Shown: positions 32,886-33,370 of the stretch, piece by piece
Layout: every line of letters begins with the position of its first letter
How positions within the stretch are numbered: the first letter of the stretch is position 1
NCBI GenBank assembly: GCA_002725445.1
Contig: PBPD01000059.1
Location: 1 to 33,370, forward strand
DNA from: Rickettsiales bacterium
GTDB lineage: Bacteria; Pseudomonadota; Alphaproteobacteria; Rickettsiales; UBA3002
Direction of reading: 5' to 3'
Length of the DNA stretch: 33,370 nt
Program-made: the position numbers and the translations under genes
The notes under the pieces: model-generated
Database searches by the model: none
The model's input: the letters and a program-made list of their open reading frames with translations, nothing else
Told to the model about the DNA's origin: nothing

Positions 32886-33370
32886 ATGTCGCAAAAAGTC
32901 GTAGATGATGTCCGTGTAGAGTCAAAAGGCCAACTGGATTGGGCGAATTATGCTGCAATGTATCACCAATCGATCGAAGACCCGTCTTCTTTCTGGGCCG
33001 AAAAAGGCGAAGAATACACATGGTTTAAAAAGTGGGATGAGGTCAAAGACACCAGCTTCGAGGGCGATGTTGACATAAAATGGTACAAGGGTGGCCAGCT
33101 GAACATCACAGTGAATTGTCTGGATCGGCATCTGGAGAGCCGTGGCGATAAAACCGCCTTTATCTGGGAGCCGGACGATCCTGAAGAAGCGCCGATTCAT
33201 TATACCTACCGTGAGCTGTATCATAAGGTGTGCGAGTTTGCGAACGCGCTGAAATCGCAGGGCGTTAAAAAAGGCGACCGCGTTACATTATACATGCCGA
33301 TGATTCCTGAAGCCGGCATTGCCATGCTGGCTTGCGCACGCATCGGGGCGGTGCATTCGGTGGTGTTTGG
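32886..33370 (+). CDS. acs: Acetyl-CoA synthetase, 5' portion (runs off the right edge)
   Basis: My own translation: [41 protein letters not shown]...[35 protein letters not shown]...[57 protein letters not shown], a typical Acs N-terminus. GGGAG SD lies 6 nt upstream. It is absent from the ORF track because it is open-ended. Confidence 0.93.
   Translation, partial: [161 protein letters not shown]

Noticed and set aside
1-33370. Scan for CRISPR arrays, rRNA genes, IS elements or terminal inverted repeats, long tandem repeats, and other structured RNAs in the larger intergenic gaps (5668-5832, 21686-21906, 30376-30492).
   Set aside because: I saw no repeat-spacer periodicity, no rRNA-like conserved blocks and no transposase-like ORFs. 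I recognised no riboswitch, tmRNA or RNase P consensus by eye. A covariance-model scan (Infernal/Rfam) would be needed to exclude small RNAs.

Overview
The window looks like a chromosomal segment of an alphaproteobacterium. Supporting this are a truncated C-terminal-only HprK with EIIA-Man and NPr, COQ9-like and NDUFA9-like genes, a short RNase D-like exonuclease, and a single-lipoyl PDH E2 followed by lpdA. Both ends are ordinary core genome. On the left (1-12 kb) are pdhC-lpdA, then a minus-strand run of COQ9-like, PAS histidine kinase, glutaredoxin, GST, DUF1189-like and NDUFA9-like genes, then a two-gene glycosyltransferase module. On the right (23.9-33.4 kb) are RNase D-like, kpsF, lptC, lptA, lptB, rpoN, hpf, ptsN, hprK, EIIA-Man, NPr and the 5' end of acs, with an orphan CpaF-type secretion ATPase wedged between rpoN and hpf. 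Between tRNA-Leu(CAG) at 12078-12164 and the RNase D-like gene lies about 11.7 kb of genes I cannot place in any known pathway. These are a monothiol thioredoxin-fold-like protein with a Gly-zipper membrane protein carrying His/Cys-rich tails; a secreted HExxH metallopeptidase overlapping a DUF3095 (class III nucleotidyl-cyclase-like) gene; a divergent 444-aa membrane-anchored unknown followed by a 1002-aa PEP-carboxylase homologue in which nearly every PEPC signature motif is degenerate; a hybrid histidine kinase whose N-terminus closely matches the plant ETR1 ethylene-binding domain; and a 638-aa protein with a GYSKGG serine-hydrolase elbow. My best candidate for an undescribed system is the divergent four-gene unit at 13526-20032, which sits at the centre of the window, but I cannot assign it a function from sequence alone. 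I saw no rRNA, CRISPR array, IS element, transposase or integrase, and no obvious compositional shift by eye. All family assignments come from motif recognition by eye; no searches were run.
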